From Actinomycetes bacterium (GTDB taxonomy: Bacteria; Actinomycetota; Actinomycetes; S36-B12), in assembly GCA_965227045.1 (NCBI GenBank), contig OZ245718.1, forward strand, positions 3,223,528 to 3,287,527: a stretch of 64,000 nt of DNA, read 5' to 3'. A program made the position numbers and the translations under genes. The notes under the pieces are model-generated. The model saw only the letters and a list, made by a program, of their open reading frames with translations, was not told where the DNA came from and ran no database searches. Each line of letters opens with the position of its first letter. Positions within the stretch are counted from its first letter, which is position 1. Positions 29,091 through 38,046 of this stretch are shown here, one piece after another.

Positions 29091-29548
29091 TGGCGCTATC
29101 CCCATCGTTGATCGGAAGCACCAGATCGGGAGGCACCCTCTTAGTTACCCGTAACCGGCTTCGATTCTTCGCCAAGGCAACCGGTCAAACCGACCCCGTC
29201 TTCGTAGATGTCGACGCGGCGAAGCGCGCGGGTCACCCCGACCTGCCGGTCCCGCCGACCTTCTACTTCGGGGTTGATCTGGAGATGCCAGACCCCTTCG
29301 GCTATCTCGACGATGCAGGTGTGGACCTAAATACCGTGCTTCACGGAAGTCAGAAGTTCACATATCATGAGCTCGCCTTTGCTGGCGACGAGTTGAGCAG
29401 CTCGTCGGTCGTGGCGGACGTGTACGAAAAGAAGGGCGGCGCCCTTCAGTTCATGATCACGGACACGCCGGTGTTGAACCAGCATGGTTATACGGTTGTC
29501 ACGATGCGGAACACGCTCGTTGTACGCCCCAAGCGAGGTTCGGAGTGA
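29087..29548 (+). CDS. MaoC-N / FAS1-like dehydratase domain protein (hydratase subunit)
   Basis: ATG 29087 overlaps the upstream stop (ATGA). About 153 aa, hot-dog-like. Precedes the MaoC gene with an overlap. Confidence 0.7.
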   Translation: MMALSPSLIGSTRSGGTLLVTRNRLRFFAKATGQTDPVFVDVDAAKRAGHPDLPVPPTFYFGVDLEMPDPFGYLDDAGVDLNTVLHGSQKFTYHELAFAGDELSSSSVVADVYEKKGGALQFMITDTPVLNQHGYTVVTMRNTLVVRPKRGSE

Positions 29549-29967
29549 CCCCCCTGAGTGAAGGAGCTGAGCTCGAGAAGCTCTCGCTGCCTCCCATCTC
29601 CCGGTCGACTTTGGCGCTATTCGCGGGCGCATCCGGTGATCACAACTCGATTCACATTGATATTGATGTCGCAAAGTCCGTTGGCCTAGAGGACGTATTC
29701 GCGCAGGGCATGCTTTCCATGGCATACCTAGCGCGCATGCTGACGAACAACGTTCCTGTAGAGCGGATCCGCTCCTTTGAGGTCAAATTCGTCGCTATCA
29801 CGCCCCTCTACGGCGAACCCACATGTTCGGGGAGGGTCCGTCGGGTCGATGCCACCAGCAGCGAGCGGATTGCAATCGTGGATGTCGAGGTGAAGCTGGC
29901 GGATGGGACCGTGACGCTCATCGGCTCCGCAGAGGTCAGCAGCATGCCTCTCGATGAATCGTCGTAA
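29545..29967 (+). CDS. MaoC-like (R)-hydratase hot-dog protein
   Basis: 140 aa. GASGDHNSIHIDIDVAKSVG hydratase motif. GTGA overlap with the upstream gene. Confidence 0.8.
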   Translation: MTPLSEGAELEKLSLPPISRSTLALFAGASGDHNSIHIDIDVAKSVGLEDVFAQGMLSMAYLARMLTNNVPVERIRSFEVKFVAITPLYGEPTCSGRVRRVDATSSERIAIVDVEVKLADGTVTLIGSAEVSSMPLDESS

Positions 29968-29991
29968 ACACACATCACGGATAGGAAACCT

Positions 29992-30816
29992 ATGGGAAAG
30001 CTCGAAGGAAAATCTGCTCTCGTCACTGGCGCTGGTCGCGGCATCGGCCGGGCTGTCGCATTCAAACTCGCGGCAGAAGGTGCGCGGGTTGTTGTGAATG
30101 ACCTTGACGAGCAGCCGGCTATCGATGTCGTCAATGCAATTGTCGATGGGGGCGGATCCGCCGTCGCAGTCCCCGGGAACATTACCGAGGCTGGTTTTGC
30201 CGACAGGTTCGTCTCAACAGCCGTCGAAGCGTTCGGTGGCGTCGACATCGTCATCAACAATGCTGGGTACACCTGGGATGCGGTGATCCAGAAGATGACC
30301 GACGAGCAATGGCACGCAATTCTCGACCTCCACCTGAAGGCTCCCTTTGACATCCTGCGAGCAGCGCAACCAGTCATCAGCGCCGCCGTTAAGTCAGAGC
30401 GCGAGGCCGGAATCTCCGTCCATCGGAAGGTGGTTAACATCTCATCGATCGCTGGCATTTTCGGTAACGCGGGACAGGCGAACTATGGCGCGGCGAAGGC
30501 CGGCATCGTCGGGTTGACCAAGACTCTTGCCAAAGAGTGGGGTCGATACAACGTCAATGTGAACTGCGTTGCATTTGGCGTAATCAGTACCCGTCTGACT
30601 GCCAGTACCAGTGAGGGCGCGACGATCGATGTCGACGGGCGGACTCTAAAGATCGGCATCAACCCGCAGGTACTCGAAGCAGTCAGTGCCGCGATTCCTC
30701 TTGGTCGTCCTGGCACGCCAGAGGAGGCTGCCGGATCCGTAGTAATGCTCACCTACCCCGAAGCCGACTACGTCTCAGGACAGGTGCTGATTACTGCTGG
30801 CGGCTTCGAAGGCTGA
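29992..30816 (+). CDS. SDR family oxidoreductase (FabG-like)
   Basis: 274 aa. TGAGRGIGRAVA, NNAG, YGAAKAGIVGL. Confidence 0.9.
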   Translation: MGKLEGKSALVTGAGRGIGRAVAFKLAAEGARVVVNDLDEQPAIDVVNAIVDGGGSAVAVPGNITEAGFADRFVSTAVEAFGGVDIVINNAGYTWDAVIQKMTDEQWHAILDLHLKAPFDILRAAQPVISAAVKSEREAGISVHRKVVNISSIAGIFGNAGQANYGAAKAGIVGLTKTLAKEWGRYNVNVNCVAFGVISTRLTASTSEGATIDVDGRTLKIGINPQVLEAVSAAIPLGRPGTPEEAAGSVVMLTYPEADYVSGQVLITAGGFEG

Positions 30817-30977
30817 TCTGCAAACCCAGCCCGCTGTGCAGTGGGCAGCTGTCTGCCGAAGTAAATGGATGATCACTTGCGGCGGTGTTGCTGTGAGAAG
30901 ACGACGTTGCCTATTTGTTATCAAGATTTCGTATGTAGCGCAGCAGTTCGTGTGCAATGGTGAGCCCATCATCAGAT

Positions 30978-30993
30978 TAGGACTGTAGTCCTA
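30978..30993. promoter_or_regulatory. perfect TAGGAC-N4-GTCCTA palindrome
   Basis: TAGGACTGTAGTCCTA ends 18 nt before ATG 31012. Confidence 0.6.
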
Positions 30994-31011
30994 GCAAATA
31001 TTGGAGAGTTC

Positions 31012-32154
31012 ATGAACAGAACTTCGCGCGCCCTTTTGGGCGCGGGCATGTCGACGTTGCTGGTGGGGGTTGTTCTCATGCCTGTAGCTTCCGCGGCATC
31101 GGCTTCCGGAGGTTCCTCTGCACCGACGGCCGTGGACAAGGGTCTACTTCGGGCCCAAAAGATTGTCCAGCAGTACGCGCCAAACCCGAAGTCGATCGGT
31201 GTCACCACAAAGCTCACCAAGAAGCCTGGGACGGACGTCACAATCGCAGTAGTCCGGAGCGGGTCACCTGCGTCGCAGACCATCTTCGACTACATTTCTC
31301 AGGCAGCGACGCTATTCGGTTGGACCGTCAAAGACTTCGCCGGTGCGACCACTGCAGAGCGGCATCAGCAGTTGTTCTCTGCCGCACTCGACCTAAAGCC
31401 GGTGGCGATTATCGATCCGACAGGCGAGCCCTCAATCGTTGGCTCGACCAACGTACAGCGGTCCACCGCACAGAATACATTCGTCGTCTGCAGCAGCTGC
31501 GTTGAACCTTCACCAGCAAAGAACTGGAGTTCGACGATCACTGGGCCGGCCAACTCGAAGCTTCTTGGGCAGGTTCTGGCCGCGGGCGTGGTGGCTGCGT
31601 CCAAAGGTGCTGCGAACATCCAGATGATCACGGTGCCCCTTGTCGTCACCCAGACGTTAACGACGGCATCCTTCATAGCGTCAGTAAAGGCAATGTGTAG
31701 TAAGTGCCAGATCGCAGACAACCCCTTCACGAACGCAGACGCGGGTACGAAGATTCCCGGTGCAATGGTCTCCCTCGTCCAACGCAACCCGGGGGTCAAC
31801 TGGGTAGTCGGAGGCGGATTCTTGCTCACCGGCATCCAGCCAGCGCTGACTGCTGCGGGATACGGGGGCGGAAAGGTTCAGCTTGCGTCCTACAGTGGTT
31901 CTCCGCCCAACTACGCAGCGTTGCGTGCTGGCACCCAGGCCGCAGACGCGGCGAGCGCGCAGCCCATCATCAGCTACCGCGCTGTGGATGCGGTTGCCCG
32001 GTGGGTCAATGGTCAGGCCCAGGTTAGCAACCCGCTGCCGGTGCAGTTGCTGACGAACGTGAACATCAACTCAGCAGTGTTCTATCCAGACGGAAACTAC
32101 GTTGGAGTACAAGGGGCCTTGGATCAGTTCAAGCGGCTCTGGCTGATGCGGTAG
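31012..32154 (+). CDS. secreted type I substrate-binding protein (group A paralog 2, orphan)
   Basis: 380 aa. Signal peptide ending ASAASA. Ends DQFKRLWLMR. No adjacent permease or ATPase. Confidence 0.75.
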   Translation: MNRTSRALLGAGMSTLLVGVVLMPVASAASASGGSSAPTAVDKGLLRAQKIVQQYAPNPKSIGVTTKLTKKPGTDVTIAVVRSGSPASQTIFDYISQAATLFGWTVKDFAGATTAERHQQLFSAALDLKPVAIIDPTGEPSIVGSTNVQRSTAQNTFVVCSSCVEPSPAKNWSSTITGPANSKLLGQVLAAGVVAASKGAANIQMITVPLVVTQTLTTASFIASVKAMCSKCQIADNPFTNADAGTKIPGAMVSLVQRNPGVNWVVGGGFLLTGIQPALTAAGYGGGKVQLASYSGSPPNYAALRAGTQAADAASAQPIISYRAVDAVARWVNGQAQVSNPLPVQLLTNVNINSAVFYPDGNYVGVQGALDQFKRLWLMR

Positions 32155-32163
32155 GTATGCGAA

Positions 32164-32200
32164 TGACCGGTGCGAGGCAGAAGATGCCTCGCACCGGTCA
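32164..32200 (+). terminator. strong hairpin after the SBP gene
   Basis: TGACCGGTGCGAGGCA-GAAGA-TGCCTCGCACCGGTCA: 16-bp perfect stem, 5-nt loop, 10 nt after the stop. No T-tract. Confidence 0.6.
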
Positions 32201-32335
32201 CACCGTGGTCCTGGCTATCGGTGGAGGACCGAGTGGTGCAACAGTGTTCTGGTCAGGCATTCGCGCGCGGGCGGCCGGGCGCGCGGAGATCAAGATGGTG
32301 GCCGTCCCGTCTCGACTACATCGGAGTGACACGCA

Positions 32336-33190
32336 ATGGCATCAACGTATCGAACGTACAACGCGCCTTCGGACACCGGAGATTTCGGAATTCTGGATTT
32401 GGCTCCCTTCCCGATCGATCTTGACGGACTGCCTCCGCGGGGTTCGCTTCCGGCAGTCCTCGACGGTCACGTAAAACTCCTCCAACTAGCAGGCTTGGTC
32501 GATGTCGGCTATTGCGATGAAGTCCTGACCGCACTGTCTGCAGTCGCATTCAAGGACTATGGCGCCAAAGCGATCAAAGCATCAGCGGATGACGATCGCC
32601 CGACCCTGAAGATCGGACCTACTGCGCACTGGCAGTTCGAGGAAGAGGAGAACGGACTCGAGCTCTACTTCAGCGAAGCAGCATCCACGCACGCTGAACT
32701 GCGACAGCGCTTCAGCGGAGCAGGGATCGTCGACCCGCTCGATTTGCTCGTCGCGATACTCAAGTATCTATGGAGCGGGACTGTCGAAATTGCTACAGAG
32801 GGCGACAAGCAGTACTTCGCGGGCGTGGTGCGTTCCGTTACCGGTGGCGCGGACCCGCATACGGACAACGCGCAGCGCACGCCCGAGCTAGCGATTGGCA
32901 AAGTTGTGTCGCAGGGATCGATCCTTCTCTACCTTCGTATGCCCCCAGCTGGTGGGGGCGTGAAGGTGTTCCACAAGCGACCCGAATCCCCAGTTCCGAT
33001 CGACGGTTTGGGATGGCGCGGCGTTGCAGGTCTGCAGTTCAGCGGCGCTACCCCCTCCGCCGGGGACGTAGTGATCTTCCCGACGACCTACATGCACGCC
33101 GTCGAGCCGGTTATCGGAGAGGGTGAGCGGGTGACGATCTCCTCGTTCTTCGGTGCTCTCCCTGACGGCCGACTAGTTGTCTGGTCCTAG
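32336..33190 (+). CDS. 2OG-Fe(II) oxygenase-like protein (putative)
   Basis: 284 aa. Candidate facial triad H-x-D (PHTDNA) ... H (YMHAVEPV) and R-x-S (RVTISSF) in the expected order. Family assignment is tentative. Confidence 0.5.
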   Translation: MASTYRTYNAPSDTGDFGILDLAPFPIDLDGLPPRGSLPAVLDGHVKLLQLAGLVDVGYCDEVLTALSAVAFKDYGAKAIKASADDDRPTLKIGPTAHWQFEEEENGLELYFSEAASTHAELRQRFSGAGIVDPLDLLVAILKYLWSGTVEIATEGDKQYFAGVVRSVTGGADPHTDNAQRTPELAIGKVVSQGSILLYLRMPPAGGGVKVFHKRPESPVPIDGLGWRGVAGLQFSGATPSAGDVVIFPTTYMHAVEPVIGEGERVTISSFFGALPDGRLVVWS

Positions 33191-33219
33191 CGCGCGGCGA
33201 CGGAAGAAGGAGGCTGACC

Positions 33220-34014
33220 GTGGAGGGACTTGTCCGACCTGTCGATGACTTGCTTGCTTTCGACACTGGCTACCCTCGTCATCGGGCGCAGGTCTTATCG
33301 CAGGCAGAGAGCGCCCTCGTCTTCGCGAGTACAGTCGGCGAGGGTGGATGTGCTGCGGGGCTTCACTACCACCACTTCGATCAGATGTACTTCTTGTTCG
33401 AAGGCCAGATGTCCGCACGGCTGGGCGACGATGTTCGTGAACTAACTGTGGGGACGTTCGTCCATATTCCCGCCGGCCTTGCGCATTGCAACTGGAACGA
33501 CGGACCTGGGCAGGAGACACATCTGGAAATCTGCGCGCCAAGTCCCGCGATCCCGGGTAGCAAGCTCGCGTTCGCCGTAGACGGTCCCGAGGATGTGCCA
33601 GCGGATGTGCGCGCGACGCGCAAAGCGACCGTTCGGGCGGTAGACCCGGACGATCTAGTTCAACTCGCCTCAGGTGCGCGCTATCAGTCCTTGGCAGAAA
33701 GTACGGACGGCATCGAGTCCGCTGCCGTCTACTATGTTGAAACGGAGCCGGGCTTAGGAAGACGGCTCATGCACCTGCACGAGTTCGACCAGTACTACTT
33801 CGTCCTGGGTGGTCGACTCACCGTCGACTTCGCGATCGGGTCGCTTGAGGTACCCGCTCGCCACCTATTGTTTCTGCCGGCGGGTGTTCCCCACCGGCTG
33901 TCGAACGCCGGAAGCACCACAGAGACGCACCTTGCTATGGACATCCCACCCCCGGTCGGCACGGATTGGGACCACGTTGTGGAGATCTCACCCGCAAGAG
34001 ACCAGCTGTCATAG
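33220..34014 (+). CDS. bicupin protein
   Basis: 264 aa. GTG start after GAAGGAGG. Two cupin motifs: GLHYHHFDQMYF...HIPAGLAHCNWN and LMHLHEFDQYYF...FLPAGVPHRLSN. Confidence 0.65.
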   Translation: MEGLVRPVDDLLAFDTGYPRHRAQVLSQAESALVFASTVGEGGCAAGLHYHHFDQMYFLFEGQMSARLGDDVRELTVGTFVHIPAGLAHCNWNDGPGQETHLEICAPSPAIPGSKLAFAVDGPEDVPADVRATRKATVRAVDPDDLVQLASGARYQSLAESTDGIESAAVYYVETEPGLGRRLMHLHEFDQYYFVLGGRLTVDFAIGSLEVPARHLLFLPAGVPHRLSNAGSTTETHLAMDIPPPVGTDWDHVVEISPARDQLS

Positions 34015-34068
34015 CGGCGAGGACTACGAAGTGACCCACCGAACGTAGGAGTAGGAGTAGGAGTCCTC

Positions 34069-35691
34069 ATGTACTTCCATGAAGCGATCGCTCGGTCCCT
34101 TTCTGACCAAGGGATCACCGACATCTTCGGCGTGCTGGGCGACGCGAATCTGTTCATGATGGAGTACTTCGACCGAGAAACCGGAGGAAGCTTCTACTCT
34201 GTGGCTCACGAGGCGGCGGGGGTCCTGGCTGCGTACGGATATGCGCAGACGACAGGCCGCTTAGGTGTAGCGTCCGTTACTCACGGTGGTGGGCTGACCA
34301 ACACCGTGTCTGCGCTGATCGAATGCGTCAAGGACCGAACTCCCCTGCTCCTGCTCGCAGGGGACACGCCAGTTGCCGATCGGGACAACTGGCAGAGCAT
34401 TCCACAAAGAGACGTAATCGTCGCGACTGGAGCGGGATTCGAGCAGGTGCGGACTCCCGCGACCGTCGCGGAGGATGTAGTCACGGCTATCCGCCGCGCT
34501 TGGCTTGAGCGAAGGCCCGTCGTCCTTAACGTCCCAGTCGACTTTCAGTGGACAGAGGTCGAGTACGAGCCGGTCTCGCCGCGCTTTGTTGGTATTCAGT
34601 CGCCGGCACCCGATCCCGCGGCCCTCGAGGCCGCAGTCGGGGTCCTCGCCTCTTCGCGGCGCCCGGTGGTGCTGGCTGGCCTAGGCGCGACCTCCACGCG
34701 GGCACGGGCCTCGCTCCTCACTCTTGCGGAGCGGCTGGGCGCACCAGTGGCCACGACACTGCGGGCCAAGGATCTATTCCGCGGTGAACCGTTTGACCTC
34801 GGAATCTCAGGAACGCTCTCACACGAAGTGGGGCTGGAGGCGCTTAACCAGAGCGATTGCATCATTGCCTTCGGAGCGAGTCTCAACATCATGACGACCG
34901 CGCACGGCTCCTTCGAGTCAGGAAAGCACATCGTGCACGTCGACGTCAATCCCGAAAGCATCGGGCGCTACACCTACGCCACGGTTGGAGTCGTGGGAGA
35001 TGCCGCCACCGTCGCCGACCAACTTGTAGCACTTCTCGATGAGGCCGAGCTGCCACCCACGGGCTTCGCCTCTCCAAGGCTTTCTGCGGCACTCGCCGGG
35101 AGGTCAGACTCGGATTTCGTCGACCAGAGCGGTGACGGCACGGTGGATATTCGCTCGGTGCTGCTACGTGTAGACGAGGTCTTTCCAGAGGAACACACAC
35201 TGGTCACCGATGCGGGACGCTTCGTCATGCACTGTTTCGCGAGGGCGCATGTTCCGCATCCCTCGGCGTATGTCCACGCAGTGAACTACGCGTGTGTGGG
35301 TCTCGGTCTGGGGACCGCAATCGGGGCTGCCGTGGGCGCCCCGCACAGGCCAACCCTTGTTTACTGCGGGGACGGCGGGATGATGATGGGTGGCCTATCA
35401 GAATTCAACACGGCAGTGCGCCTCGGACTTGATCTAGTCGTTGTCGTCCTCAATGATGGTTCGTACGGCGCGGAGCACCGTCACCTCCGCCTTAGGGAGA
35501 TGGATCCCAGCATCTCGTTGTTCGTCTGGCCAGAGTTTGCTCCACTCGCCGATGCGCTCGGCGGGCAGGGCTTTACCGTACGTTCGCTTAGCGAACTTGA
35601 CGATGCGCTTGAGGCGATCGTCACCCGGTCGGGGCCAGTCCTCATCGACGTCAAACTCGATCCTGACAAGGTCGCGTTCGTCGGGATGTAG
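34069..35691 (+). CDS. thiamine-diphosphate-dependent enzyme (acetolactate-synthase/benzoylformate-decarboxylase superfamily)
   Basis: 540 aa. N-terminal HEAAG and the ThDP motif GDGGMMMGGLSEFNTAVRLGLDLVVVVLNDGSYG. Confidence 0.85.
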   Translation: MYFHEAIARSLSDQGITDIFGVLGDANLFMMEYFDRETGGSFYSVAHEAAGVLAAYGYAQTTGRLGVASVTHGGGLTNTVSALIECVKDRTPLLLLAGDTPVADRDNWQSIPQRDVIVATGAGFEQVRTPATVAEDVVTAIRRAWLERRPVVLNVPVDFQWTEVEYEPVSPRFVGIQSPAPDPAALEAAVGVLASSRRPVVLAGLGATSTRARASLLTLAERLGAPVATTLRAKDLFRGEPFDLGISGTLSHEVGLEALNQSDCIIAFGASLNIMTTAHGSFESGKHIVHVDVNPESIGRYTYATVGVVGDAATVADQLVALLDEAELPPTGFASPRLSAALAGRSDSDFVDQSGDGTVDIRSVLLRVDEVFPEEHTLVTDAGRFVMHCFARAHVPHPSAYVHAVNYACVGLGLGTAIGAAVGAPHRPTLVYCGDGGMMMGGLSEFNTAVRLGLDLVVVVLNDGSYGAEHRHLRLREMDPSISLFVWPEFAPLADALGGQGFTVRSLSELDDALEAIVTRSGPVLIDVKLDPDKVAFVGM

Positions 35692-35745
35692 ACCGGGCCA
35701 AGTCCGACTCCTTGTGGGCGATTTTGCATTCTCGCCCCAGTCCGG

Positions 35746-35761
35746 TAGGACTGTCGTTTAC
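35746..35761. promoter_or_regulatory. operator-like half-palindrome
   Basis: TAGGACTGTCGTTTAC, 8 nt upstream of the perfect site at 35770. Confidence 0.35.
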
Positions 35762-35769
35762 AAAATGTT

Positions 35770-35785
35770 TAGGACTATCGTCCTA
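35770..35785. promoter_or_regulatory. perfect TAGGAC-N4-GTCCTA palindrome
   Basis: TAGGACTATCGTCCTA ends 20 nt before ATG 35806. Confidence 0.6.
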
Positions 35786-35805
35786 ATAACCCTTTTGGAG
35801 CGTGA

Positions 35806-36951
35806 ATGAAAAGAACGACGCGCGCGCTCTTGGCCGCGACCTTGTCCTCGATGCTGGTTGGCGGACTGCTGGTTCCCGCTGCGTCCGCGGCTTCAACGTC
35901 AAATGACACCGAGTTGCCGGCAGCAGTGGATAAGGGCTTGTTGCGCGCCCAGGCGATTGTCAAACAGTACGCACCCAATCCTAAATCCGTCGGGGTGACT
36001 GCCAAGCTCTCGAAGAGGCCCCCGGCAGGCGTGACTATCGCCGTCGTGCACAGCGGCTCGGCGGCTGCACAAGTTATTTACTCGTATGTAGTCGAAGCGG
36101 CGCTGCTCTTTGGCTGGAAGGTCGAGAACTTCTCGGGTGCGACGACTGCGGAGAAGCATCAGCAGTTGTTCTCCGCAGCCCTCGATATCAAGCCCACTGC
36201 GATCATTGATCCGACCGGCGAACCATCGGTGGTGGGCTCGACCAACGTTCAGCGGTCGACCGCTCAGAACACTTTCGTCGTTTGCTCCAGCTGCATCGAG
36301 CCTGCCCCCGCGAAGAACTGGAACTCGACGATCAGTGGGCCCGCCAACGCGCAGCTTCTCGGTCAGGTTCTGTCCGCTGGTGTCGTGTCGGCATCTAAGG
36401 CGAACGCAAACATTCAGATGGTCACCGTTCCGCTGATTGCGACGCAGAAGCTTACTGCCGCGGCATTTGCTAGGTCCACGACTACGCTGTGCCCGAAGTG
36501 TCAGGTTGGGGACAATCCCTTTGCGATTTCGGATGCCGGCTCGAAGATTCCCGCTGCAATGGTTTCGATCGCTCAGCGCAACTCGGCGGTGAACTGGATT
36601 GTTGGCGGTGGCTTCTTGCTCACGGGCATTCAGCCAGCGCTCACGGCCGCAGGCTACGGTGGAGGAAAGGTTCAGCTTGCCTCCTATAGCGGCTCTGCGG
36701 GCAACTACGACGCCATGCGTGCAGGCACCCAAGCTGCCGACGCCGCCAGCGGACAACCGATTGTGAGCTACCGCTCCGTCGATGCGGTGGCTAGGTGGGT
36801 CAACAAGCAGACGCAGGTGAGCAACCCTCTACCTGTCCAGCTATTGACGAACGTGAACATCAAGTCGGCGATCTTTAGCTCAGACGGCAGCGTTTACATC
36901 GGAGTTGCCGGCGCGCTAGATCAGTTCAAGAGACTGTGGCTGATGAAGTAG
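35806..36951 (+). CDS. secreted type I substrate-binding protein (group A paralog 3, orphan)
   Basis: 381 aa. Signal peptide ending ASAASTS. Ends DQFKRLWLMK. Confidence 0.75.
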   Translation: MKRTTRALLAATLSSMLVGGLLVPAASAASTSNDTELPAAVDKGLLRAQAIVKQYAPNPKSVGVTAKLSKRPPAGVTIAVVHSGSAAAQVIYSYVVEAALLFGWKVENFSGATTAEKHQQLFSAALDIKPTAIIDPTGEPSVVGSTNVQRSTAQNTFVVCSSCIEPAPAKNWNSTISGPANAQLLGQVLSAGVVSASKANANIQMVTVPLIATQKLTAAAFARSTTTLCPKCQVGDNPFAISDAGSKIPAAMVSIAQRNSAVNWIVGGGFLLTGIQPALTAAGYGGGKVQLASYSGSAGNYDAMRAGTQAADAASGQPIVSYRSVDAVARWVNKQTQVSNPLPVQLLTNVNIKSAIFSSDGSVYIGVAGALDQFKRLWLMK

Positions 36952-36963
36952 TTCCACGTTCAG

Positions 36964-37005
36964 CATGCGGGTGGGGCCTGGCGACAACTGGTCCCCACCC
37001 GCATG
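36964..37005. terminator. hairpin between convergent genes
   Basis: CATGCGGGTGGGG ... CCCCACCCGCATG: 13-bp stem, 16-nt loop. Confidence 0.45.
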
Positions 37006-37037
37006 TCGTCGTGAGGAGAGGAGAGCCTCGGCCTCGG

Positions 37038-37972
37038 CTAGCTCGCGAGCATCTCCTCCGATACTCGCCACAGTCGAGCGGCGAGCTCCGGATCCGTCGA
37101 GTATGGGGCGTACCCGGTGCGCTCTCCGGGCATGTTCGGCCCGGCCTCGTTGCAGTCCTCGAAGTAGCGTCCACCGATACCTTCGACCAGCGGAGACCCG
37201 GCGAGTAGGGTCGAAGTCGCGGCGCCCTGCTCGACCGTCTTGAAGTCGACGACGTGATTCCCGCGCAGCCTGTCGAAGTCCTCCTGCGACACATGGCGAA
37301 TCAGCTTCGTCTGGATCACACCAGGCATGAGGGCGTTGGCGCTTATGCCTTCGTCCGCCCATCTGTTCGCTAACTCGACGGCGAACAGGATGTTCGCGGT
37401 CTTCGACTGGCCGTAAGCGGTCCAAGGGTTGTACTTGCGGTCGTCGTCGTGGACGTCTTCGAACACGACTGGGGAGTAGAGGTGCCCAGCTGAGCTCACC
37501 GCCATAACGCGGGCACGGCCGGCCGCGGCCAGGTTGGCGCGAAGGCCCGTCGTCAGCGCGTGATGCCCGAGGTGATTGGTAGCGAGCTGCAGTTCGCAAC
37601 CTTCGGGAGTGCGTGTCAGGGGCGTGGCCATCACGCCTGCATTGTTGACGAGAATGTGCAGGGGTCCTTCCCAGACGGCGACGAAGGAGGCGACGCTTGC
37701 TCGATCGCTGAGATCCAGCGGTCCACGGAGATGGTCCCGTCCCGATCAGCGATCTCTGAAGTCGCTCGCGCGCCAGCATCCACGTCACGGACGGCAAGGG
37801 TGACTTCCGCTCCGGCTGAGGCGAGGGCTCGGCCCGTTTCCAATCCGATACCGGAAGATCCGCCGGTTACGATCGCGCGTTTGCCCGAGAGATCGACCCC
37901 TTCCAAGACCTCTGCTGCGGTCGATCTAGCACCGAACGGTGTGAGGGCGCTGCGGCGGTTGGCGTTGTTCAT
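37038..37972 (-). pseudogene. frameshifted SDR (retinol-dehydrogenase/WWOX-like)
   Basis: Two ORFs (37631..37972 and 37038..37634) together form one SDR (TGGSSGIG ... YGQSK). Shifting frame near 37718-37726 restores LDLSDRASVASFVAVWEGPLHILVNNAGVMATPL. Confidence 0.7.
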
Positions 37973-38046
37973 GAAGCCCCCGTTCCTGTGCGAGTCATTG
38001 ACTCTTCAGCGTGAAATCACGACCCGCGCAATGAAGTGAACTTCTA

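Noticed and set aside
32157-32474. Two overlapping about 100 aa ORFs after SBP 31012
   Set aside because: They run through the 16-bp-stem terminator hairpin and into the 2OG-oxygenase-like gene in other frames, and they have no motifs.
35899-36756. 285 aa minus-strand ORF inside the SBP gene 35806..36951. Similar long antisense or alternative-frame ORFs occur at 36916..37797, 28212..29105, 26780..27403, 29808..30458, 23676..24350 and 51169..51804.
   Set aside because: All overlap genes with strong family signatures on the other strand or frame, and all have Arg/Pro/Ser-rich translations. I treat them as high-GC artefacts.
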